From: a virus
Lineage: Duplodnaviria; Caudoviricetes
Virus record (IMG/VR): IMGVR_UViG_3300043959_000228
Direction: 5' to 3' (one strand)
DNA: 64,000 bases
Within the stretch, counting starts at the first letter, position 1. Each line of letters starts with the position of its first letter. The notes under the pieces are model-generated. The model had not been told where the DNA came from and made no database searches. It saw only the letters and a list, made by a program, of their open reading frames with translations. The translations under genes were made by a program, and so were the position numbers. Below are positions 50,561-60,953 of the stretch, piece after piece.

Positions 50561-53245
50561 ATGGATGTTGAGATAACCATAACGACGGACACTGATCGCA
50601 GGATGATTCATGTCATGCTGAGTAAGCCAGTGGGCGAGGATATTGGTCTCACGGACATACCTACATGTCATGAGGGATTAGCCTTTGGTGGGACATGGTC
50701 GTACGATCTTCATCTTGCTCCTGTGGTGTCTTTATCCTTGCGTGACCAGATCGCTATGGCTAAGAGATTAGGCTATACAGTGACGTATGGATCTGATGCT
50801 GATAAAGCCGCATTGAAGGCGTCTGTAGCGGAGAATATCAAACCCTCCCTATCGTGGGACGACCACGCGCATCGAGTTATAGCGGTGTTTCCACAGACTG
50901 AACGATATAAGAAAATTATTCGTTCATTGTACGGCTCTCCTAGAGCTGACGCCTCATGGTCATTCCCCATTACGAGTCTTAACGATTGTATGGCCTGTAA
51001 TGAACGATTACCTAAGAGTATGAGATTCAGTGTTTCCGATGATGTTCAGAAACTCCTCGATGAAACGCTTCCAGATCCATATGATGGAACGGCTGAATCA
51101 TTACGATTGATACCAGTATCAGCTCTTCGTGTGGTTCAATCGAATATCCAGTCCTTTGCTCTTCGTAAGATTGATCCTGCAAGTATAGCTGAGAAGTTAG
51201 AGCGAATGGATGTGCATTCCTTATACGATTTACTCATGATCCGTCCTAGACGATATATTGATCGTTCTAATCCTCAGGATATTCGTGATCTTATTGAGGG
51301 TGAGACAGTAACGGTTGTTGGCAGGGTCACCGAATGGAAGGAGCCTTCATCCCATCTATCCGTAATGGTTGTAGAGGATAAGCGTGGTGCATCTATTCAG
51401 TGTTCATTCTTTAATCAGAGTAGATGGTTTAAGGATCACTATAAGGTGAATGACGAGGTGATCGTCACTGGTGCATATAAACCGTGGAAATCATGGAGTG
51501 GCTATACGGTTGATCAGATAGCTCAGCCTCAGGTTGATCCTATTGAGGCGGCTGGAGCTGTGCCAATCATGCCGGTGTATCATACCCCGGCGAAGGCTGC
51601 ACTTAGCTCGATGATTCTTGTACATTGTGAGCAAGAGCTCGTGTCTCGTTTAGGTCCTGATTTTCGTGGACCGAGCTGGGCCGATCCAGCATTACAGGCT
51701 AATGACATCAGTGGTGCATCATATGGACAGGCTCTGAAGATCATGCATTTCCCTAAGACGACTGATAGTCAAGACGACGCTGAGCAAGCATTAGCTTTCT
51801 GTGAAATGGTCCAGTTATTAGTCTGGATAGAAGCTCATCGTTCTGGTGATGACTCCACACTCGGTGTAGACAATACGAATGATGGATCATATCAACAGGC
51901 CTATGAATCATGTCTTCCGTATGCTCTTACTGGCGCGCAACATCGATCCATCACGACTATTACAAGTGGCATGAGCTCTCAGAAGAATCTTCATGCTCTT
52001 CTTGTTGGTGACGTCGGATCTGGTAAGACGACGGTCATGCATATGGCTGCTCTTAATGCGGTGAATGCTGGGCACCAGGCTGTGATCTGCGCTCCAACTG
52101 AGATTCTAGCGACGCAGTTATATGATGTCTTCATGAGGATACTAGCCTCGATGCCATCATCAATAGCTGATGCTATCCATCCTATCCTTCACGCTGGATA
52201 CACTGGTAAGGGATCAGCTAAGAGACGTCGTGATCATGTGTCTGCCGTTGCTGATGGACAGGCTAACATGATTTTCGGAACGCAGGGTGTGTTAAACCTT
52301 GATTATGCTGATCTTTCCTTTGTCGGTGTTGACGAGCAGCATAAATTTGGCGCTGCACAGCGTAGTAGGTTGCTTGATGTTCGAGATGATGGACATGTTC
52401 CTGATTTTCTCATGCAGACAGCTACGCCTATTCCACGCTCAATGGCCCAGGTATATTATGGGGATGTCACGTATCTTGCACTTGATGAATTACCAGCTGG
52501 TCGGCAGCCAATTACCACCGAGTGGGTGAAGAAGAAGGGATCACAGGTCGTTGCCGATCCTGCTAGCCCTATTTGGGCTGATGTTCTTTCTGAGATTCGC
52601 GCTGGACATGGTGTCTTCATTGTGTGTCCTATGGTTTCAGAATCAGAGAAAACTGACGCGGCGTCAGTAAGAAGAACTGTTAAGGAACTGGCTGATGTGT
52701 TTCCTGATGATGTGCAGATGACAGCCGTATATGGTGGACAGGACAAGAAGAAGCAAGAGGCGGCTATCACTGGATTCAAGGATGGTTCTATCAGTGTCCT
52801 CGTAGCGTCATCTGTAGTCGAGGTTGGCGTGTCTTGTGAATTGGCCACAAGAATGATTATTCTCGATGCGAATCGTTTCGGTATTGCATCATTACATCAG
52901 ATCCGTGGTCGTATTGGTCGTTCAAATCTTCCCAGTAAGTGTTGGCTAGTAGCCATGCCATTCAATGATACAGGATCATCGAGAATGCAGGCTATGTGCA
53001 ACACTCTTGACGGTTGGAAATTGTCAAAGACCGATTTACGGAATAGGGGAACTGGGTCCATCTTTGGTACCGCTCAATCAGGTAAGTCTGATTTGATGTA
53101 CGCTAATCTTGTCAGGGATGCTGCCTGGATAGCTCCAGCTAGACAAACCGCTAAGACCATCCTGAGGAGTGATCATGCTCAGGACGCTATAGATGATGCC
53201 CGAAAGTACTTCTGCGTTGACGAGGATCAGGGGATTCTATCGTAG
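50561..53245 (+). CDS. recG: ATP-dependent DNA helicase RecG with N-terminal extension
   Basis: PRRYIDR, wedge OB fold, GDVGSGKT, APTEILA, DEQHKFG, TATPIPRS, HQIRGRIGR; TACAAT-N7-ATG. Confidence 0.93.
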   Translation: MDVEITITTDTDRRMIHVMLSKPVGEDIGLTDIPTCHEGLAFGGTWSYDLHLAPVVSLSLRDQIAMAKRLGYTVTYGSDADKAALKASVAENIKPSLSWDDHAHRVIAVFPQTERYKKIIRSLYGSPRADASWSFPITSLNDCMACNERLPKSMRFSVSDDVQKLLDETLPDPYDGTAESLRLIPVSALRVVQSNIQSFALRKIDPASIAEKLERMDVHSLYDLLMIRPRRYIDRSNPQDIRDLIEGETVTVVGRVTEWKEPSSHLSVMVVEDKRGASIQCSFFNQSRWFKDHYKVNDEVIVTGAYKPWKSWSGYTVDQIAQPQVDPIEAAGAVPIMPVYHTPAKAALSSMILVHCEQELVSRLGPDFRGPSWADPALQANDISGASYGQALKIMHFPKTTDSQDDAEQALAFCEMVQLLVWIEAHRSGDDSTLGVDNTNDGSYQQAYESCLPYALTGAQHRSITTITSGMSSQKNLHALLVGDVGSGKTTVMHMAALNAVNAGHQAVICAPTEILATQLYDVFMRILASMPSSIADAIHPILHAGYTGKGSAKRRRDHVSAVADGQANMIFGTQGVLNLDYADLSFVGVDEQHKFGAAQRSRLLDVRDDGHVPDFLMQTATPIPRSMAQVYYGDVTYLALDELPAGRQPITTEWVKKKGSQVVADPASPIWADVLSEIRAGHGVFIVCPMVSESEKTDAASVRRTVKELADVFPDDVQMTAVYGGQDKKKQEAAITGFKDGSISVLVASSVVEVGVSCELATRMIILDANRFGIASLHQIRGRIGRSNLPSKCWLVAMPFNDTGSSRMQAMCNTLDGWKLSKTDLRNRGTGSIFGTAQSGKSDLMYANLVRDAAWIAPARQTAKTILRSDHAQDAIDDARKYFCVDEDQGILS

Positions 53246-53312
53246 AATACCATCTGCCTATATCTTTGTTATACTTGATGTGACAATCGGACCCTAAAGG
53301 GGGAATATTTAT

Positions 53313-54377
53313 ATGGCTTCTCGTGTTCATGAGACCAAGGAAGATCATCAATCATGGAATCCATTGATGCGGCCTAAGCAACGTCGCATCGTGATGAGAA
53401 CAGTATGGTCAATGATGCTGGTCAGCGTGATGACCCTATCCCTAGGATCAGTAACAGCTAATGCAGACACCGTCTCATCATCAGGTAAGAGTCAGTCTGG
53501 AACAGTCACATCGTCACGATCATTTAAGAAGGTCGCATCGAACGCTGATCGAAGAAAGATTCTTCAAGAGTCCGTCAGCACGACTGTTGAGAAGGACTCT
53601 AACTGGGGCGGTCTCGGGGATATGCAAGTCCAATATTCTCCATCAACAGATCAGAAAACAGCGAATAAATCGCTACAAGACGCCGTGAATCAAGGCAACG
53701 ATGTCTATAATTCATCAAATGGACTCGGATCAGACGCCACACGATCAAGTTTACATGATGCGTTACAGCAAGCTCCAGCATTATTAGCTAATGAGAAGAC
53801 TACAGCTGCTGATCTTGATAAGGCTACGTCATCGATTACGTCAGCCATTACCGCTGTTCAAACGTCGGTATCGTCTGCTCAAGCGGCAGCAGTCGCGCAG
53901 GCTGATGCATTGACGGCGTCTCGAACGGCCTCTGCTTCTAGATCATCAACTCGTTCACCATCGTCTCCGTCAACGACGTCTTCTTCCGCACCAGATCTAG
54001 GCACGATTACCCTGCCAAATGGTCATAGTGGTTCTGATGTCGTGAATTACGCTCTTCAATATGTCGGCAAGTCACCATATGTCTGGGGAGGAACAGTTCC
54101 GACAGGATGGGATTGCTCTGGTTTTGTCATGTATGTCTACGCACAATTTGGCATTAGTCTTCCCCATTTCTCTGGCTCTCAGGCGGCCATGGGCAGTAAT
54201 GTCTCATCTATCGCTGAAGCTCAGCCGGGAGACATCATTGCTAACAATCAGCACGCTGCTCTATACCTCGGCAATGGATTAGTCGTAAATGCCTTGAATC
54301 CTCGCGTAGGAACCGTGATTACCCCCGTTAATGGGGCATTCCACGGATCATACTCTATCCGTCGTATTATCAATTAA
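53313..54377 (+). CDS. Secreted NlpC/P60 peptidoglycan endopeptidase
   Basis: Signal peptide; PYVWGG, DCSGFV, PGD, H motifs. Confidence 0.93.
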   Translation: MASRVHETKEDHQSWNPLMRPKQRRIVMRTVWSMMLVSVMTLSLGSVTANADTVSSSGKSQSGTVTSSRSFKKVASNADRRKILQESVSTTVEKDSNWGGLGDMQVQYSPSTDQKTANKSLQDAVNQGNDVYNSSNGLGSDATRSSLHDALQQAPALLANEKTTAADLDKATSSITSAITAVQTSVSSAQAAAVAQADALTASRTASASRSSTRSPSSPSTTSSSAPDLGTITLPNGHSGSDVVNYALQYVGKSPYVWGGTVPTGWDCSGFVMYVYAQFGISLPHFSGSQAAMGSNVSSIAEAQPGDIIANNQHAALYLGNGLVVNALNPRVGTVITPVNGAFHGSYSIRRIIN

Positions 54378-54495
54378 TCTGACACCATTGGTATTAGCTT
54401 TCACTTTGTAGTGTGATTGCATTGTTTTGACGTTACACCCTGATATCTTTAGTAATGCTACTATTAGATTTATAGATACCATCGGAGGTTGACGT

Positions 54496-55686
54496 ATGGT
54501 GAATCCATTTGATGATTCTGATGAGGTGAAGAAGGACGCTGAAGATGCGTCATCATCTAATCATGAGAACACCGTTGAGGACAAACCGTTACCGCATGAG
54601 CAGGTCGCGGATTCTTCTGATACCACGGCGTTCTTATCTGAGGACGATGATGATGACGATGCTGCTGTTAATCCTGAGATTGCTCATCTCGTCACGACGA
54701 ATACTGATACAGATGGACCATCGGCTTCATCTACTCATCTCGACGATCTTGACGATGATGATCAGGAGGATACGTATCGTCCTAAGATCAGTAAGCCTGT
54801 CATCGCGGCTATTGTGCTTGTCATTCTGATTATGTTCGGTGTTGGTATATGGCTAACTCAGGGATCGAAGATTCAGAAGATCTTTTCACCGAGCGCTGAT
54901 AACAATTCAAGTATCACTAAGTCTGATGGATCATCACAAACGAAGGCCGGTGTTGGTTCATCGTCGTTCAAAGGACTAAATGTACCTGAGTATTATCAGA
55001 AATCGTATTCATCGTTAAGCGATGATGAAAAATCTGATGCCGATAAGGCCGCTATGGCTAGTCGTCCTGTTGGATCATACGGTGCCCTAGCGTCAACAGC
55101 AGGTAATCCTAACATTACTGATAACCCAGATAAGTATCTGAATGATGATGGGACTATTAATCCTAATTATTCATACTTGACTGATGCTAACGTCATACCA
55201 GTGATTCAGAATGATTTAGAGAGATTAGTCAACCCGGTATATGGTGATTGGACATCATTGCAGAATCTTGGATGGGTGTCATCAGACGGTAAATCAACGA
55301 ATCCTGATGCATGGGAGCATCTGAGGGACATGTTCTCACCATCTATCCAATCAACGATGGTTGATGTGCCTTCGGCCAGGAAAGTCATGTCTATCTACGC
55401 CGATTGGGATCAAAATGCCTTCAACGGCGCATATAATGACAAGGTGTACAATAACGCCGCCGTCGGCGTACCAAGTAATCTAGACTGTGATTATCAGATA
55501 GCTGGTTCGACTGATGATCATATTGATTGTACAGCCGACGTAAAGTATAGTGCTTTGCTTACTGGTGATGATGGCTCCTCAAAGACTGTCACGACCGATA
55601 AGAAGATCACGTTACATTACATAGTGAATTACGATCAAAGACGGGCCAGTAATCGTCGAATATTGCTCACGTCGGTCGAGCAATAA
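54496..55686 (+). CDS. Single-TM protein with acidic cytoplasmic N-terminus and extracellular domain
   Basis: GGAGG RBS; TM near residues 102-120. Confidence 0.75.
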   Translation: MVNPFDDSDEVKKDAEDASSSNHENTVEDKPLPHEQVADSSDTTAFLSEDDDDDDAAVNPEIAHLVTTNTDTDGPSASSTHLDDLDDDDQEDTYRPKISKPVIAAIVLVILIMFGVGIWLTQGSKIQKIFSPSADNNSSITKSDGSSQTKAGVGSSSFKGLNVPEYYQKSYSSLSDDEKSDADKAAMASRPVGSYGALASTAGNPNITDNPDKYLNDDGTINPNYSYLTDANVIPVIQNDLERLVNPVYGDWTSLQNLGWVSSDGKSTNPDAWEHLRDMFSPSIQSTMVDVPSARKVMSIYADWDQNAFNGAYNDKVYNNAAVGVPSNLDCDYQIAGSTDDHIDCTADVKYSALLTGDDGSSKTVTTDKKITLHYIVNYDQRRASNRRILLTSVEQ

Positions 55687-55700
55687 GGAGTATAGCGACT

Positions 55701-58454
55701 ATGAAAGGAAATATGATACGCAGGAATAAGAAACGCATCTTGTACTGCCTCCTAGCGGCGTTCTTCGTGCTAACGGGATCATTCATCTTCGTTTATCACG
55801 CTAACGCTGGACAAGGTGGTGGATCTGGTGATGGAAGCTGTGCTAACGGATGTCATTCGGGTGTACCAGTAGCCAAGATACAGGTAGGCAATTGGGGTTC
55901 ATGGCGTGAAGTCAACTTCGGCGGCGCTCGTGTGGCCTCATGGAGTGGTGACCGGCTAGACGCCTTGATGGATTCTACATTCAATAGAGCTGTCGCTGAT
56001 TGTAAGGCGAAGGCTCAGGCCAGGGGTAAGACGTGTAATAACCCGCGTCTTGTTACCATTGGATACATCGTCAATGGTGGGAACACTTGGGTCACTAGCC
56101 ACTCGACCGTCAAGTTGAATGGTACCGATCCAGGATGCCAGTCCATTAATGTGAACAACCATAACATTACCACCTGTACACCTGACCTCTCAGGTATCTC
56201 AGGAACGATTCGATCTGAGTATAACAACGTTAAGAACAATCAGGTCGTCGCTATGGTCGTCGTCGGAGAGTCTCAATTCCCACAGAAGGGATGGCGAGAG
56301 AATTGGACGAACATACCTGAATCAGATGTGAAATCTGTTAGCACGATTAATTCTGAGGATCTAACGGCCTGCCCAGTGTACTATAGCATACAAGCCAATG
56401 GTTACGATGGTTATGTCAGGAATATGTCCGCTCAGTCAAAGCTCGTCCTCACGCCGTATGGCCAGTTATGGAACGCTATCAATCAAGGTAAGAACACTTG
56501 GACTGACCCCGCCAACGGCAATGTGCTGTCCTGGTTCCAAGTTGAGAAACAACCACAGGGTGATTATAAGACGAATCCTACAGCTGCGGTCAATCGAGCT
56601 GTAGCCGACATAAAACTTGCTCATGACGTTGCTTGCGCTGAGACCTATAAGATGAAGATCGATTATAATCTTGACACTGACGGAGGTATACCAGGTCAGC
56701 AACTTAATAAGCAGTTTGCCCGTGGTGGACAGTATAAGCTTGTGAAGCAGACCAAGAACGCGGTCATTACCGTGAAGAACTTGAATCTTGACTATTATCG
56801 TCGTGATGTCAACTGGGGACAGTGGAACGGTTGGAGCGAGTGCTACCAGGGCGAATCAGGATGTGGCCATATTGGTGAGTCTCGACCAGCTGATCCTTCA
56901 GGTCTAGTCACTGATCTCTATGGAACTGGTCAACGTGGCCGATACTCAGTCGGTGATTGGGTGAAGGGTGACTCGAATGAGATTCAGAATGCTGTCAACA
57001 AGGGTGGTAATGTCAATGTTGCCGGCCGTCGACTCAGCGCAATCTTCGCATCTGATAATTCCATGATTGGTCATAATACTAATAATGGTGTATCTTGGAA
57101 TACTGGTGGAAAAGACAAGTGGATCTTCGGATCAAGTACTGGTATTATTGATGGTACAAAGTTCCATGGTGTAGCTAATGAGTTGCAATCATATGTGGCT
57201 GTTGCTATGCAGGACTTCATTAACATTAATTGTAATCAGGACGACTTCGATACCATCGTCAATTATGTCCGTGGCAGGAAAGACGCTAACGGTAAATCTA
57301 TACTTGATGAATCGTCTGTGAAGAGCACCAAGTATAATGGTTCACTATCCACAGTCGTCATGACCGGATTCCCAGCAGTGCAGAAGATTAATCAACGAGC
57401 ATTAGACATTGTTGCTTCCGCTAATGATGGATCCTATCCAGGTTGGAGTGGAAATAAGGGTGATACCAATGGATGGTCAAGTTCTGACTCTGAAAAGGCC
57501 GGTGACGCCGATCCTATCTATACAAAGGAATGCCCATTTGATTGCTCTGATTCAACATCAGCTAGTACATCAACGTCAACTAACGTCGGTGACAAGTCAA
57601 CGTCAAGCGGATCTGTAAGCTCTGCTGACAAGGCTACCGGTTCATTCGGTATCCTATCATCAAAGCTCAATGCGTCAACGTCAACATTGCTCAGTGGTCT
57701 ACAGGGCAATGATAAGATCAACCAGCCAGTAGCAAACACCGCTGACCCAGTGTTCTTCCGTGATAATGAGTGGAATTACATGAATCTCGATCAGTGGGCA
57801 CCAGTCTCAGCTGCATCAGTGAATTATAATAAGTCCACTACGCCAGTAACGACAACATTCGTTGTTAATACCGATGGATCTCCTTGGTATATTGGAGACA
57901 ATAAGACTCCAGTAACGAAGGTTCAGGCTCTTGATCCTAAGACGAACACTTGGGTTGATATTCTCAATGGTACGCAAGAAGGATCGAGCTCTCAATGGTC
58001 ATCAAGTGAGAACTCAAAGTCTCAGACTGTTACACAGAATTTCGTAAATTCTGATATGAGAACAGCAACCACTCAGCTGGCCACGAATGTCACTAAGATC
58101 AGAATCAAGTCTCCATGGGCATCTGAAAAGAACAGTCCGTTAAAGTTTAACGTCAAGTGGGAGTACACTGCACAGAACTCTGCTCCAGTAGTGTCTACTT
58201 GGTCAACGCAGGGCGACGGATCTGTCAGTGGTAATAGCACAACGAAGGACATGGGAACGTCAACATCAAAGGTTGATGGTAAATGCGACAGTCAATACCA
58301 TCTTCCAGGAGTGTCTTATAACGATCACTCTTCATTCATTCAGCCAGAAACTGGACAAAGTGTGAAGAACAATCTTGATAAGAGTTACCAGGGTGAGGGT
58401 CAGACAATGTCCGGTTGGTTCACTGTGACATTCGTCAGGGCGACTAGTGAGTAA
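55701..58454 (+). CDS. Large secreted Cys/Gly/Ser/Thr-rich protein (putative adhesin)
   Basis: Signal peptide ending HANA; multiple Cys pairs; no sortase motif; AAGGAG RBS. Confidence 0.75.
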   Translation: MKGNMIRRNKKRILYCLLAAFFVLTGSFIFVYHANAGQGGGSGDGSCANGCHSGVPVAKIQVGNWGSWREVNFGGARVASWSGDRLDALMDSTFNRAVADCKAKAQARGKTCNNPRLVTIGYIVNGGNTWVTSHSTVKLNGTDPGCQSINVNNHNITTCTPDLSGISGTIRSEYNNVKNNQVVAMVVVGESQFPQKGWRENWTNIPESDVKSVSTINSEDLTACPVYYSIQANGYDGYVRNMSAQSKLVLTPYGQLWNAINQGKNTWTDPANGNVLSWFQVEKQPQGDYKTNPTAAVNRAVADIKLAHDVACAETYKMKIDYNLDTDGGIPGQQLNKQFARGGQYKLVKQTKNAVITVKNLNLDYYRRDVNWGQWNGWSECYQGESGCGHIGESRPADPSGLVTDLYGTGQRGRYSVGDWVKGDSNEIQNAVNKGGNVNVAGRRLSAIFASDNSMIGHNTNNGVSWNTGGKDKWIFGSSTGIIDGTKFHGVANELQSYVAVAMQDFININCNQDDFDTIVNYVRGRKDANGKSILDESSVKSTKYNGSLSTVVMTGFPAVQKINQRALDIVASANDGSYPGWSGNKGDTNGWSSSDSEKAGDADPIYTKECPFDCSDSTSASTSTSTNVGDKSTSSGSVSSADKATGSFGILSSKLNASTSTLLSGLQGNDKINQPVANTADPVFFRDNEWNYMNLDQWAPVSAASVNYNKSTTPVTTTFVVNTDGSPWYIGDNKTPVTKVQALDPKTNTWVDILNGTQEGSSSQWSSSENSKSQTVTQNFVNSDMRTATTQLATNVTKIRIKSPWASEKNSPLKFNVKWEYTAQNSAPVVSTWSTQGDGSVSGNSTTKDMGTSTSKVDGKCDSQYHLPGVSYNDHSSFIQPETGQSVKNNLDKSYQGEGQTMSGWFTVTFVRATSE

Positions 58455-58485
58455 TCGATGTTGTTAAGATGAATCGATGATGCAT

Positions 58486-58526
58486 CTTGCGGGGTAACAG
58501 ATCGTATAGATCTGTTACCCCGCAAG
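58486..58526. terminator. Terminator hairpin
   Basis: CTTGCGGGGTAACAGATC/GATCTGTTACCCCGCAAG. Confidence 0.8.
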
Positions 58527-58589
58527 TGATTATATACCGTATTCAATAATAAGACAATATTCTCGTTATGACGTGGTATTATATATTGT

Positions 58590-59093
58590 ATGAATGAACA
58601 TAAACAACGTCAAGGAAGATCGGTATCTTCACGTGGCCAGTTTGCTGGGCAACACGATGAGCGGTTAGCTATGATTGCCAAGGAGACTGATCGTAAGCTG
58701 AATCAGGAAGGGCATGATGATATATCTGAACGGTCACACCTATCAGATGCCTCAAACAATATGAGTTTTACCTTGACTAAATTCGGTCTTAAGAGCGCTA
58801 CCTTGCTATCATTGTTCCTAGGTCTTGTCTATGGGCTAGCTGTTATGGGAGCTGGATCTGTTATTACATTTATGATTTCTAGAACATCTATTCTTGATAT
58901 TATCAATCGAATCATGGGTAACGCCATGACATTGACACCGGGAACCTTATATCTTCTTTCAGCGTTGCTGGCTATCGTCGTATCAGTGTTCGCAGCATTG
59001 ATTATCTGGTTTAAGGCGTTATTGTATAATGCTGGTTCGATGGCTTTCGGAGGATTACGTATCACATTAGCGAAGACGGAGGATAAGAATTGA
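58590..59093 (+). CDS. DUF3566-like membrane protein
   Basis: 2 TMs and C-terminal LYN...GGLRITL; TATTAT-N7-ATG. Confidence 0.7.
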   Translation: MNEHKQRQGRSVSSRGQFAGQHDERLAMIAKETDRKLNQEGHDDISERSHLSDASNNMSFTLTKFGLKSATLLSLFLGLVYGLAVMGAGSVITFMISRTSILDIINRIMGNAMTLTPGTLYLLSALLAIVVSVFAALIIWFKALLYNAGSMAFGGLRITLAKTEDKN

Positions 59094-59437
59094 TGGTTAG
59101 CCCGTTACTTGATCCACTTGCAGATGACCCTAAGGATCATCTTATCATGCATCCTAAAGCCGTCCGATTAATTCTGTATCGTCGTCCTACATCTATCAGT
59201 ATGGATGAGGAAATGTATCGTCAGGGAAATTTCAAGGACACACCTTTTAACATGACGTTAGAATCGTCTGTCAATAAACAGGATAACACTATCGAGGAAT
59301 GGTCCTGGATTCTATCTGATCAACAAGGAGGGGACATTGATATGAACCGTCTTACGACGTTCATGGTTCATGTTTTTGATACCATGAGTTCATATTCCCC
59401 TCAAATAGAATTATTAGATCATATACCTCATCATTAA
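59090..59437 (+). CDS. Hypothetical protein
   Basis: Overlaps the upstream stop codon; 115 aa. Confidence 0.65.
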   Translation: MMVSPLLDPLADDPKDHLIMHPKAVRLILYRRPTSISMDEEMYRQGNFKDTPFNMTLESSVNKQDNTIEEWSWILSDQQGGDIDMNRLTTFMVHVFDTMSSYSPQIELLDHIPHH

Positions 59438-59535
59438 GAAGAAGGATGATGAGGATCATGTATATGATATTTGAACATCATAAGTAAGACGACCGGCACA
59501 TAGGATCATACACGGAAATATGGAGGTTTTGACAA

Positions 59536-60936
59536 TTGGGTACGGTCTATAGAAAGCAGAAAGCATTATATACCAATGAGGAGTTCAAGCAACTTGATTT
59601 AAGATTCAGAGTAGGAGCTATTCTCAGTGATGGTCAATGGTATACATCAGATAAGATTCGTCAATGGTCTAAGGAACGTAATCTTGATGAGATTAATCCT
59701 ATTCTCAATGAGATGATGCATCAGCATCAGATTATCAAGAGTAATAATGGCGCGTCATATCGAATGTCTCTACGTCAAATGCAGCAATGGCGGCATGATC
59801 AACATATGAGCATGGACGCTCAGCCAATACCAAAACTCCTTTATCCGAGAGTATTTGGACAAGGTGATCACGCTATGAGTGAAGTAGAGCTCTTCGAATC
59901 AGCTCCATTACACCAAGTAGCTATCTTAACATTCATGCTTAAGAATCCTGATGACATTGACAAGCTGAAAAAGGATTTAGGATATCTCGGAAGATTTAGG
60001 AAATCCCCTACATCTGGTAAATATCAATTATACGCCTTATCAAATAAGGTCACGAAGGATGCCCTCCTCAAATGGGAGGACTCTCATGGCGGGGATATCT
60101 TCGTTCCTGGAAAATTCAATTCTAATAACTCAAGTAGACGAAGAGAACTCATTGAACTCGATAGGCATGTCGTCAATGAGCTCATTACCTTTTATATTCA
60201 ATTCTCTAAATATCTCGTACCATCGATTAAAAAGACTTTTAACGTATACTTAAATGGTAGTATTGGTGCATCAGCATCACAACGAGAAACCACCGACTCA
60301 ATATCCGAGGGTGATAGCATCATCATGCAATGGTTACTCAGTCTTATCAAGACATACGATGAAGGCAGATGCGTACCATTCAGTTACTCTATTGTCATGT
60401 TATTCCCACGTAAGGCCTACGATTACTCCTCTAAGATCATCGGTGATGACTTGAATAGGTTTCAATTAGAGAAGAACAGAGCTATCAAACGTCTTAATGA
60501 ACAGAGTAAAGCGCAGGGTTCGTTGAACTCTATGAAGCACATCGAGAATAGCGTTATCTGTAATGAAATCAATAAGAATGGTAGTATTGATCTTTCTATC
60601 CATGAATATGAGGATCTTGATATGTCCTTGAAGTCATGGCAAAAGTCATATTCACAGGAATCATTAGATTGGACGGAGACAGGAGAGGAACGTGGGTTTG
60701 TCAGTAAGAATGATGAATCCTTCCTCGAAGGTATCGCCAGTAGATCTGATATTCATCATGCTATCATATTAGCTGCTGAGGACACACACGATTGGTCATC
60801 AGAAGTCATCATGTTCAATGCTCTGACCGATTCGAGTATCGCGTCAGCTATGATGAAAGGGAAGATGGATCTCATATCTGACTCATTCAGAGATGCATTA
60901 GCCACATCATTAGCCGAGGTTCGCAGGCTTGGCTGA
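59536..60936 (+). CDS. Divergent sigma70-like factor with N-terminal extension, region 4 not recognisable
   Basis: NELITFY (region 2.1-like), WLLSLIKTYDEGRCVPFSY (cf. GL..AV.KFD..RG.PFSTY, 2.2-2.3), region-3-like helix, SLD; GGAGG RBS with TTG start. Confidence 0.55.
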   Translation: MGTVYRKQKALYTNEEFKQLDLRFRVGAILSDGQWYTSDKIRQWSKERNLDEINPILNEMMHQHQIIKSNNGASYRMSLRQMQQWRHDQHMSMDAQPIPKLLYPRVFGQGDHAMSEVELFESAPLHQVAILTFMLKNPDDIDKLKKDLGYLGRFRKSPTSGKYQLYALSNKVTKDALLKWEDSHGGDIFVPGKFNSNNSSRRRELIELDRHVVNELITFYIQFSKYLVPSIKKTFNVYLNGSIGASASQRETTDSISEGDSIIMQWLLSLIKTYDEGRCVPFSYSIVMLFPRKAYDYSSKIIGDDLNRFQLEKNRAIKRLNEQSKAQGSLNSMKHIENSVICNEINKNGSIDLSIHEYEDLDMSLKSWQKSYSQESLDWTETGEERGFVSKNDESFLEGIASRSDIHHAIILAAEDTHDWSSEVIMFNALTDSSIASAMMKGKMDLISDSFRDALATSLAEVRRLG

Positions 60937-60953
60937 GATGATATCTCAGTATT

